Source of the DNA: Podarcis cretensis | Lineage: Eukaryota | DNA: 64,000 nt | Direction of reading: 5' to 3' | NCBI GenBank assembly: GCA_951804945.1 | Contig: OX638155.1 | Coordinates: 43,834,001-43,898,000 of the forward strand | Shown here: positions 1 to 12,000 of the stretch, in pieces | Position numbering within the stretch: the stretch's first letter is position 1 | Layout of the letters: each line of letters starts with the position of its first letter | The notes under the pieces: model-generated | Told to the model about the DNA's origin: nothing | What the model saw: the letters and a program-made list of their open reading frames with translations, nothing else | Database searches by the model: none | Made by a program: the position numbers and the translations under genes

Positions 1-3000
1 AATTTACAGCCAGAGTTTGGAAAGAGCTGAAATTAAGCTTTTCACCTGATTAAGGAAACTAATCATATGAGTTGTGATTGCGATCAATCAAGTAAATCTG
101 CACACATTTACATTTTGTTCACTAATTTTAAAAAGCAGTATAAAAATTAAAAAATAAGCAATATGGTTTAATAAAATCATTAAAAACTGTTCTTAGTGCT
201 TGCTATGACATGCATGCATAATCTAGCTTTAAAAAAGGCATTCCATTTCATTTCCTATCCAAATTTTTAGTAAATGTATTTTAAAAGGCTGCATTTAAGA
301 AACACTGCTGCTACATATGCAGGAGGGCCTTTTTAAATCAACCAACCACTTTAAAAATCAATTAATATAGCTGAATAATTAGTTGGTCCACAAAAAGAGA
401 ATGAAGTCAAATGGACAGCAATAGCCATTTAGGATTTGGTGCAGTAGCTCAACCGGAAATTCTGCTGAAGATAGCTGGTAATCCCTGTAAAATAATTCAG
501 CAATTGATGGCTAGCATGAACTGTTACATTTATATTGCTTGGACATACCACTAAAGCCTATTTAGCCAGGGTCAGGGCCATCCCAAACAATTAGTGCTTT
601 AGGTTCAGGTGTACAGTGTACCTAATGTTGTAACAGTACCTCTTACAGGTATACTCATCAGGGGGCACTACTGCAACTATTAGTGTGTGGGAAATCAGTA
701 TTTGCCTAAGGGTAATATATAATGTTAAGCGAGATAGGGAACCTAGGTATATCTATTGTGAGTGACTAGAGCCTTTGTTTTTAGTAATTCATTCTGCTTT
801 TCTTATTGGTACCCAAGGAACAGCTCATTGTCATGGTGAGATTGTGACATCTCCTTGTACAGAGGCTAACAAGAGATATATAGCAGCCAATCATTTATCT
901 TTGTCCTCCTACTCTACTCCATGCTACTTTCCTTAACCTTCAAGTAAACAGAGCTATGAAAGGTAGGACTTCTTTTTATTTTCAATAGTCATTCTTTCCC
1001 CTCCTTTCCCCTTTTTTTCCATTCCAAGTGTATAGAGCCCTCAAATGGCCGACATGCCTTAACATGCTTGAAATAAATATCCTAAAATGCAAGTCTTTCA
1101 TCTGAGTTCTGATCATGCTTATGCCTTCAAAAATAATGGTTAAAGTTCAACACAAAGTTAAGCTGAATAAAATATATTGCAATAAATGGGCTTAAGCATG
1201 CTTAACTGTGTTGGGTTGTGAGCTGCATATTTTCAAACTCACTCATTTCAGATGTTTCATTTTTAAAAATTGCTTGATACACACACATACTGTCCAACCA
1301 ATTGCATAGTACGTCGACTGAAAATTGTACAATAAAAATCTATTTCCCCTTTTTGGGGAAAAATCAGATTCCACAATGCAATTCCCAAAATTATTTCTGT
1401 CCCATATGAAAAGGCATTTTAAAAATTATAAATAGTACAATCTATGAAAAAAGAGATAGGTGTTGCCATTAGACATATAGTTGAAAGTTTAAAAAAATTA
1501 ATCTCAAACACTGATGTAGGATTGATACTTTTCAATTAAATTTTCATCTCCTGTCTCATAGAATTTTTTTACTATTAGTAACACAATAAAACTTTCAAGT
1601 TACTTTCCCTAGGAAGCACATATCTCTTTATTTGCAGAGTTCTTCAGTCATGCTAAAATCAAGCTGTAATCCATACCCCCAACAATGGGTGCAGGGTTGG
1701 GGGGACAGATTGAGCAGAGGTGTCTCTCCATCCAGCCCTGCTGGCTTTCTGCCCATGGAGTGACACTAGCATTACTTGGCTAAAATACAAAGGTCCCTGT
1801 TCTGTAACAGCAGTGGCAGACCTTGGGGTCTCAAGATGTCCGTGGTGCCCTGTGCAACATCAAAATTCAGCACCCCCTGACTCTTGCCTTCCATTTTACG
1901 TAATAGTTGTGATGCTCCTAATGGTCTGCACCCTACCTGCCTCTGGCAACAGCACACACCCACCCAGTCTGAAAACCAGGTGTTCTGGATCTGCTGAGCC
2001 AGCCCACTTGATGGCACTGGGGCTGATTGTTATTTCCCTGCCCTCTGCCTTCCACCCTGTGTGAGCAATAAGGCTAGAGATGCAACTGTTGCTCTATTGA
2101 TCTCTCACATTGCACTGCTGCCCAGCTAGTGTTTGGATTGTCCTGCAAGCATGTTTTCAATACCTCAGTCCCTCCCCTTAAAATGTAATGTAAGGGAAAT
2201 GTATGCTGCCAAGTAGTTATCTGTTTAGAACCTTTATAAACATTCCAATCAAAGTAACTTTGATTTTGTATGAATATAAAATAAAACCACACAGTTACTG
2301 CAACGCTGCATGTGTCTACTCAGAAGTAAACTCTACTGAATTTGATGGGACTTTCTCCCAGGTAAGCATGCACAGAACTGTGCAGCCTGAGTGCATTTTA
2401 TTTATTTATTTTTCTAACATATGTCCGTTCAATTACATTTGGAAAAAGAGATATAGCATTTATACAACATGTGAAGAAGCTAATATGAGGTACATTTAGT
2501 AAAGAAAACTTTAAAAACCTCATATATGTGTGCTAAATCATATCTCCATTGATTTAGGACAGCAGAAATTTGTCCAGTAAAATGTTTATAGAAAACACTG
2601 TCATTGGTCACAAGAGAATGATTTGAATGTCATAAAGTTGGTGCCATCTTTGAAATCTTTATTAACAGCCTGTGCTACTGCACTGTATGCTTGACTATAC
2701 ATGTAATGGTTAAAGTTAATCCATACAGCTGCTAATCACATTTGACAGAAAATTTAATATGCCACAGTGCTTCATTCCTTAACACATCAAGCTTGTACAC
2801 TGTATTGCATATGAACAGACACATGAACTCTACTCAACTCATAACTACTGAATCTTTGGCAGCTAGGTAATCACCCATTTTTCTCCAGAATTCTCCATCA
2901 ACAACAATGTAGCATCCAGATAGAAAAATGCTGCTTATTATCAGTATTTTATATGGGCTCAACCTCCTATACATGACATTCCTTCTAGTTCAACCACAAA

Positions 3001-6000
3001 TGCCTGAGATCAGAAATTACTGCAGCTACAAAGGCCAACAAGTCACAATATTATGTGCCAGGCCTATGCAGGCCATTCAGATAATATATTTCCATAATAG
3101 CTAGTAGATTGTCTCTAATATTGAAATTTTAAATGTTTTTTTCCTTATTTATTATTAAAAACTTATTTGACTTTTTATGATATAAATATTTTTCATAAAT
3201 TATGCTACATCACACTACAGTTCGTACTTGCATGGTATTGAGGAAGTGCAAGGGCTATGCCATCATTATATATCAATGTTTGACACTTAATCGCTCAGAA
3301 GTGTAAGCAGATCTTAGGTTTACTTATTTAATATTAAGGAAAACTGTGTGAAGTTTACCAAGAAATATCATACAGAAGTTATTAAGCAGGAAAAAAAACC
3401 CCACAACCCATAGGAGGCACAAAATTAATTTTTGGTTTTTGCAAGATTCTTACCTTTTATGTCAAATAAAAAGCTGAATGGCCAAAGCTAACGCAACAGA
3501 AAAGCAATAAGTAATATAGGAGGCATCCCGTGCTGTCTACTCTGACAGGAAGCAGTTCCCTGAAGTTTCAGGCATCTATATTTTGCCATCCTTGCCATCA
3601 AGAGATCCTTTAACTGAAAATGATGAGAACTGATCTTGGGGCAGTATCTTAACAACAGGCAAAAAGACAGATGAGGCTTGTCAGTGTACATGTTTGTCTG
3701 TTACAGAGGTCTCTTAGGAGTTCTGTTGATTACCATATGGTTTTGTAAAGTTGGTGTTTGCACTGTTCAGACTACAAAATGGTGCAATAAGGATAGTGCA
3801 AGTACACTATCTAGTGATGCTTAATCCAATTTCCGGTTTCTCCCTTTTCTCCAGGAAAGGAATTGCAGATCACCAGTCACCTCAATCAACACTGCAAATG
3901 GCCCATGGTAAGCTTATAATGTAGAAAACACGATGGTATGATAAGTATAGGTATCAGCTACTGAAATCACTGTGACAGTTGTGTTCCTATTTCTTGTACT
4001 AGAGAACCTTAACTAGTACAGCTGATATTGTAGAATTATGATCTTCATAACGACTGCAGGAAAGGCTGAGCACCTATCGAACCTTGTGGTTCTGCAATTA
4101 AACATATTTTTTATTTTGTGTTTTACTGACAAATGAAAGGGAGTCTAGTGGCAAGGGGACACTATTACTAGCCTCAAGGGAAATATTATACTATATTTAG
4201 TATATTAAACAAGCAGAAATTTTAACTGATTTGGATATAAACATGGTTTATACCCTTTCAAGGCAATCTTGTGCATACCTACCCAGAGGTCCTATAGAAT
4301 TAAATGAGACATTAAGGCAAGTGTGTCTAGAACAGCAGCCTTATCTACTGTGCTATGCCAACTACCTTTCTGTCAAAATATTAGATTTTCAATAAACCTC
4401 AGTACAGTTATATAAGCAGCTAAATGCTGATTTCTTATTAGGGTTGCCTGGCTCTTATTAAATCAGTCCAAGACTTATTTTAATGAAAGTAGGCAATGAC
4501 CCAAAAACCCAGTTTCGGATAGCTGTCCCAAATGCTTTTGCAGAGAACATTTTAATTTTTGAATCCATATATACAAATGGTCACAAAACAAAGCATGTGT
4601 GCCTACAAATACAGTATAGGTTACATTGTGACACCAACCCTGGAATTATCACCTGAGGAAGGTGGTTCTTTATAGAATGACATCACAATGATTCAATCTA
4701 CTTATTGTCGTGTGTCATATCTCAGAGCTCCATTTGGCATCCTCTAAACCAGTGTTCGGCCACAATTAAAATAGTGTGTTCAGCTCCATTCTCTATAGGA
4801 AGGCAATAAAAAGGGATGAAAAGCAGCAGCAGTATTCCTAAGTAAGTTTAAGAGGAGCGAGGTTAAATAACAGAAAAATACAGCCATGGATGGGTGGCAG
4901 TGATATCCACAAAGAAAAAAGAATGAGAGGCATAGCTAGGCCGCTGTTTCAGGTAGCAGGTGATGTGCAAGGAGGTGCTAGACGACAGAGCTGTTTATCC
5001 CACACTGGCTGCCCCTGTGCTCCCTAAACCTGCCTAGCTGCCCTCAGGTGTGGGTATCGCCCCCTTGTCCCATCACTGCTGTTGAAAGCAGAGTCAGCAG
5101 CTGGTCTAGGTGGCTTGTGTACACAGAACAGGAAGGGAGATGGAGCGTAATCTTCTTCGCCTCGGCCAGCGAAGTGTCCTGGGGCAGCAGCGCTGAAGGA
5201 GGGGCGGGAAGAATGCAATGGCCGAGCCCAGAAAGGGGAAACGAAAACCGGAGCCAAGTAGCACGGAAACAAGTGCAGTAGTAGAAAACCAGAGCCAAAC
5301 CTAGATGTGGGGGGGAGATAACAGCGTCACAGCCAAGTTACGTCGGTCTGAGAAAAGCCCAGCGTGCAGCTCCCGAGTTGTCGCCGTGCCCTGCAGCCGT
5401 GCCAGTGCCTAGCAGGGCGCGGAGAACGGAAACTGCCGTACCCTCTTAAACCAACTTTGGGAGCGGCCATGCCATGTGGGGAAGGCAGTGCAGGGTCAGG
5501 GTCAAGGGAAAGCACTGCTAGGCGAGTGGAGCGCGAGAGAGAGGGCGCTCACAGACACCGGGGCGTTTTTCCAAGTGTCCCGAGTAGTTCACTCTGCCTC
5601 ACCGGTTCTGGCTGGGCCAGACCTGCCTAGCGGCCCCACCTGGCTGCGCCCGACGGAGGCGGCTTTTGAGGCTGGAGTGAGTCAGCGGGTGGAAAAAGAG
5701 GGCAAAAGCGCGGCAGCTCTTGCCTCGCATGTCAGGCAGCTCGCTCTCTCTTTTTCCCTCCCTGGCGGAGGCGGGGGCAGCCGTTTCTCGCTCTGTGTGT
5801 GTGTCCGGCTCAGACCCCTCCCTCTCCGGACTGATCGCTCTGTGTGAGACTCTCCCGGGGACGCCCGGAAACGCCGCCTGGGCCCAAAGGCCGCAACCGC
5901 CACCCCAACCGAGCCCCCTTCCCTCAGCCCTCGCCTCCTGCGGCTGCCACGGCGGGCTAAATGTAGCCCCTGCAAATCGGGCGGGGAGGTTTGCAGAAAC

Positions 6001-6007
6001 ATGGCGG
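6001..6007 (+). CDS. PPP4R1: PPP4R1 coding exon 1 (ATG GCG G)
   Basis: aacATGGCGG|gtaggt; strong Kozak context; phase 1 joins exon 2 to give MAD. Confidence 0.88.
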
Positions 6008-9000
6008 GTAGGTAGCACCTCCCTCCCTCCCCAACCCCCCCTCCCACTCCCAGAAACTCCGTCCGGGCGCGAAAGAAACACCTCAGTCCGGACCCCCCCT
6101 CCCCCCGCTTCAAGGAAAAAGCAAAGGGAAAGCGCCCTTTAGCGAGTCCTCCTTCACCTCAACTCATCGATTTGGGGGGTTGCCTGCTGCCTGCCCACCT
6201 ACTTCTCTGTGTGTGTTGGGGAAACTATGGCAGGAGCTTGCGAGGGGATTTATCTGAGAAATTAACGACCTTGTGTGGCAAGAAGGGCTTGTGGGATTTG
6301 TTGCCAGATGTAGGCGTCCCCCTTCTTTCTCTCGGCCCCGTGAGTGTGAGGAGGGGGCGCTTGGGGCAGGGGTGTGTGTGTGTTTTATAGCGTGGTAAAG
6401 AAGCGCGAGGCGCTCTGGTGGGGTGTGTATTACGGGTGTTTTACAAAGGGGAGTTGGTCTGGGGTGGGGAGGAACTCCCTCGGCTGGAGTTCACTTTGTC
6501 TTGTCTCTCTCCGCCTCCCCCCCCCCCCCACTCCCCCGTCTAGATCTGTCGCTGCTCCAGGAGGACCTGCAGGAGGAGATAGACGGATGTGAGTAGCCCC
6601 AGCTGCAACAGCTTCTCCTTCTCTTTCCCTCTTCCCCAGCGCACTCGGCGGCGCTGCCCGGGCCGCCCCTTCTTCCCAAGTCCGTCTTGGGTGTGGGGGC
6701 TGGGTCGGGGCGGTCCCACTTCACTCGCACCCGGAAACTCAGGGGATCCTGGGTCTGGAATGAAATGGGGAGAGGGAGCCTGTTCCCATCTAACGAGGGT
6801 TTGTTCCTTATCTCTATATATGTGTATATATTCATAAAATACAACCGGGAACGGGGAGGGAGAGGGATGGATTGCGAGTGTGTGTCAAGCTCTCGTTTGC
6901 TTTTGCTTCCGCGAATAAATGGTTTTGAAAGCGTGGAGGAGGCCCAAGTTGCATTGTGGGAGGAAGCAGCCATGCTCAGCTGTCCTTGCCCGTTTTCCCC
7001 CATACAGGCATTTATGTGTATGGCTTGCAAACTTGCTCGTGTTTGTGCCTGTCTTGATTTTGTTGTTGTTGTTAGTTTTGTTTTACTTTTCTGGAGACCA
7101 CAAAGGGAAAATGGGGAAAGTTGTGAGTTGGATGGGTTGGTTGTGATTATAGCATTACTGCTGCTATTCTGATGAATGAGATTTAGGTCACGTTGTACTT
7201 GAAGCTTAACAGTGTCTTAATATTGAGATACAGTACTAATAGAATTTGTCTTCCCTTAATAACACTTATTAATTGCCATCAGAACTCATTGAATGTTCTC
7301 ATATAGGAATTATGCTTGTGTGCTTTTTAAAATCAAGGTGTGTTCAGGTTTGATATATCCATTGAATATTTAAATTGTAAAAATTAAATTTACATTTTAA
7401 ATGTCAAAATTTTATAATACTAAAATTTAATACATTGATATTTAAAAGTTAGCATTTATGTTGATTTTGGACAGATAATGAGATTTAAAAATGCATTTTG
7501 ATCCATAAAGGGTCAAGAAAGCAAAACCCAAGATTGATAAAGTTTGATATGACAGTGACCTTGACTTTGTATGTTAGATAAATAGAACAATGCATATTCT
7601 TCTGAATTAATTTGTGGCTGGTTTGCAGCCACAAATGTCTTCCAATTAGATTTTGACCTGCTTTCTTTAGTTATTAATCTTTTAAAATGTATTGTGTACA
7701 TATCAGACTTTAGAGAACTGATGCTACCACCTTTTTGAATCAATAGCATACACACGCACAGAGTAATGTGCATTTATGTTCTGAACAGAAGATAAACCTG
7801 GTTAACTCAAAATATTTTAGTAATGTATATGAATATACACTTAATTTTTTTACAGCAGTAAAAACTTACTTTTTTTACAGCAGTAGATTAATGATTGGTG
7901 ACCACTGCAGGCATCAGTGATTCTGTAGAACAGCCTTCTCCACCTTGGTGCTTTCCAGATGTTTTGGACTACAACTCCCATGGATGTTGTAGCCAAAATA
8001 TGTGGAGGGCACCAGGCTGGAGAAGGCTGGTATATAATATTGTGTGAACTAAATAATGGAGAAGGTACTATGGAAAATAATAATGAAGTACCTGAATTAA
8101 ATAAAATATAAGTATAGAAGAGAGTTTAGAAGATGTGTCCATATTAAAAATACATGCTCCAGAATAAGAATGTAAGAAGATTGAATAATAGAGTGTTCTT
8201 TCTAATTTCTGCTACTTTTACTTACCATCTCTTTCTTGGAGGCAGATTCTTTGGTATAAATTCTGGTGGTTAACTCTTGGATAGGAGCACTTAGTAAAAC
8301 ATAATTTCTCTTCCAAGGCGATATTAGAGGGTGACATTAGATGAAAGCGAAGTCAATTGCTGCTGTAAGTAGTGTTGTAGTATTCACCACAGTGCAGCTG
8401 TATACAAATTAATACTCATTACGTTGTCTCCTTTTTATTGTCCATAGTAAGTGATGCTTGCCATATGAGTTGTCATGCTTTTGAGTTCTTGATTATTAGG
8501 GTCTTAGTGTGAAGGTTTTATCTCAGTGGAGCACCTATCAATGAGTGCAGTGTTTGAATTCTGCATTAGCCTCCTTTTCTGTATTAGCATCATTTCCTGT
8601 AGAGGTCTGCTTGGTGCCAAAGTTCTTCAACTGAGAACACTTTATTTCTTCTTCTCACATGCTTCATCCTCAACTTTGTACCCTGTATGTTCTTGTAGTA
8701 TTGCAGCTGTCTTGGCTCTTCATAGAGGGAAATGGGTCATCAAAAGACCTGATTTGTACTCATGCCTTTTAGGATTGAGATGGGACCTTAAGCAGCCCAG
8801 AACTGAGACACTGATGCCAGCAAATCTGATTCCTTTTAATAAGCTGATTTCTAAGGCGAGACTGGTGACTGCATATTTTATTTTTGTTCTGTTATTTTAG
8901 TGACAAACTACATATACAGTCAATTATGGTAATCCACAAATCCTTGACAAAAACAAAGGCCATAAGCTGCTGAAATGTCCCCAGTGGCATTTGTGTCTAA

Positions 9001-12000
9001 CTGATGGTAGTGTTTCAGGGTTGCCTCTGGTGTACCTTCTTAGCTTGAAGACATCTTTCTTTTTTAAAAACGGTGTCTGTGCTTCTAGGTGGACAGCTTC
9101 AATTGCTAATTTTAAGCTTTTGTGTGTAGAGCATAAACCAGGAACAGGCAGAAGCAAAAGAAAAGTTGTGACTTCATTGTATGATGAGAGGTAGAAGAGC
9201 ATACATACACAGTAAAATCTGTTGGTGCAAGGACTACCACTTGTGCAGAGAAACTTCCCCTCCCCCTGTGTGCCTCTAAATCTATTCTGAGAGTTCTCCA
9301 TACCCTCTGGAACAGATTGGGGGGGGGGCTCTGGAGATGCAAGGGAGGAAAGTTCTGTTTAGCAGAAGCCCTTGCACTAACAGGGTGACTTAGATGAATA
9401 CAACCTATTGCTGTTTAGCATGGTCACTTTGACAAGTAGTAACTAGTAGAATAGTAGAAAGATTTCTTGTTCTTTTGAAACCATCTGAGTATAGATGGAA
9501 AAACAGTATTTTCGTCTTGGATACGTTTGTGAATTTCATTTACATAGGAGGATAAAATTGATGGTTGTCCACATTCCACAGTGAACATGAGTTTTGTTTG
9601 TATAATAAATGTCATTTCTGATTATAGACATGTAACTGAATTGCCTATAGTAGTCAGGTGCCAAAGATCAGAAAAGGAGGTACTTTCAATAGACATTAGG
9701 AAAGCAATGTTATGTGGTTAGTAGCATAGGAGATTCCATAAGGGATGACTACACTGTTGAAATATGTTTAAATGAAAGAGTTCAAAATTATGCTTACAAA
9801 ATGGAATGGTATTTGGTAACAGTGTGCAAATTTTCCTACCTTTTGTGGGCAAAATTTGATTGCTGTATCCTTTAAAAAAATCCCAAAACTGTTGTACATT
9901 GTTAGGCAATAGGTTTTTGAGTTTTAAGATTTATTTGAATTCAGTGCATTTATGTAGCCTTTTGCTTCCTATTTAAGTTAATTCTTTTTGGGGTTATTTT
10001 TTATGTTTACAATATTGTACAACTTTGAACACTTTCCTATGTTTCCATCATGTTAGAGCAGAGGGGATAGGAACCTGTAGCTCTCCAGATGATGCTGGAC
10101 TACACCTCCATTCGTCCTTGATAGTTGGCCATGCTGGCTGAAGCTGATGAACACTGAAATCAAACAACATCTGGAGGGTCACATGCTTCCCATCTCCATG
10201 ATACAACCAGATCTTGTGTTTACACTGAGATCATGGTGATGTTCCATAAACATCCCCCCCCCCCCCGAATATTGGCATCTATTAAAATTTATATGAAGTA
10301 GTAGAAATGTTCATCTCCTGCAGGTGTTGCTTATAAACGGAAATATTTATGCATCGTCTTATTATTATTATTAAACTAATAAACAGTGATATTTTGGAGG
10401 AATGGACATACAGTGGTACCTTGGGTTAAGTACTTCATTTGTTCCGGAGGTTTGTTCTTAACTTGAAACTGTTCTTAACCTGAAGCACCACTTTAGCTAA
10501 TGGGGCCTCCTGCTGCCGCTGAGCCGCCAGAGCATGATTTCTGTTCATATCCTGAAGCAAAGTTCTTAATCTGAAGCACTATTTCTGGGTTAGCAGAGTC
10601 TGTAACCTGAAGCGTATGTAACCTGAAGCATATGTAACCCGAGGTACCACTGTACTTCAAGGAGAATACTGACAACCTAGTTTCCAATAAGTTTCATTGT
10701 TGCAGGGGTAGCTGAAAATATAATGCTAAAGCAAGCAATCAGTACTTTGGTATGTGTTTTTAAGTCAGCTTCTTAATGTTAATGGACACACCACTCTACA
10801 TTATTATTACTACTACTAAATATAAGTTCTGCATGGGCTACCTTGAGTTTTTCACATCTGAATATTGGCAAATAAGTGAAACAACATACAGTGGTACCTC
10901 GGGTTACATACGCTTCAGGTTACAGACTCTGCTAACCCAGAAATATTACCTCAGGTTAAGAACTTTGCTTCAGGATGAGAACAGAAATCGTGCTCCGGTG
11001 GCGCGGCAACAGCAGGAGGCCCCATTAGCTAAAGTGGTGCTTCAGGTTAAGAACAGTTTCAGGTTAAGAACGGACCTCTGGAACGAATTAAGTACTTAAC
11101 CTGAGGCACCACTGTATCTGCCATTTCACACATGATATGAGACTTTGTGTCCACGTTTGGATCTGCCTTTCATTGCTGAAAACTTGGGTCAAACGAGATG
11201 GTTTCAATTCAGTTTTAAGTGAATAGCAATGGTACAGTATACAGCTGTGCTACATCATGTCTCTGAATACCAGTTCCTGAGAAGTGAAAGTGGGGAAGAG
11301 CACAGTTGGTCCTACTCTGGTCCTACTTGCAGACTTCCCCATGGCATCTGGTTGACCACTATGATAATAGAATACTAGACTAAATATACCTTTGGCCTGA
11401 TCCAGTAGGATTCTTCTTATGTTATATATGGAGGTACAGCTCAGACATCTTTTGATTTCATAATTTTGTTTTATATAAATAAAGGAAAAAATAAATAAAT
11501 AAATCAGACTTTCTAATGTGATAGTCAAACAATTTCACAACTTTACTTGAAAAATATTTTTATTGGGATATATGTAAATATTTTAAAACCTGACAACTCA
11601 ATAGCAAACAATCCCTACATTGCTTAAATGTTTAGAAAATCATGTAAAGACACTCAAAACTGCTAATACAGTGGTACCTCAGGTTAAGTACTTAATTCGT
11701 TCCGGAGGTCCATTCTTAACCTGAAACTGTTCTTAACCTGAAGCACCATTTTAGCTAATGGGGCCTCCTGCTGCCGCTTTGCCTCTGGAGCTCGATTTCT
11801 GTTCTTCTCCTGAAGCAAAGTTCTTAACCTGAAGCACTATTTCTGGGTTAGTGGAGTCTGTAACCTGAAGCGTATGTAACCTGAAGCGTATATAACCTGA
11901 GGTACCACTGTATACTGTACCAATTTTAATATGCCTAAATAGCATGTTTAATTTGGGGAAATGTGGTATTATGGTGCACATGTGCAAGCACTTTCAAAGA

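Larger units (their letters stand above)
5300..6760 (+). promoter_or_regulatory. PPP4R1: CpG island / PPP4R1 promoter, spanning exons 1-2
   Basis: Sharp rise in GC and CpG against an AT-rich background. GC boxes (GGGGCGGG 5201-5208 just upstream, GGGCGGGG 5979-5986), AP-1-like TGAGTCA 5678-5684, and YY1-like AACATGGCGG overlapping the ATG. Boundaries approximate. Confidence 0.85.

Noticed and set aside
1-5000. Possible additional protein-coding gene upstream of PPP4R1
   Set aside because: AT-rich sequence with only short, unrecognisable ORFs and old repeat remnants; no supportable coding exon.
5024-7172. Dense cluster of overlapping ORFs (60-179 aa) on both strands
   Set aside because: Expected in a GC-rich CpG island with few stop codons. 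The sequences are low complexity with no recognisable domain; the real coding content is PPP4R1 exons 1-2.
10493-11987. Three similar ORFs (YSGTSGYIRFRL...) that look like a small gene family
   Set aside because: They are translations of the three MITE copies.
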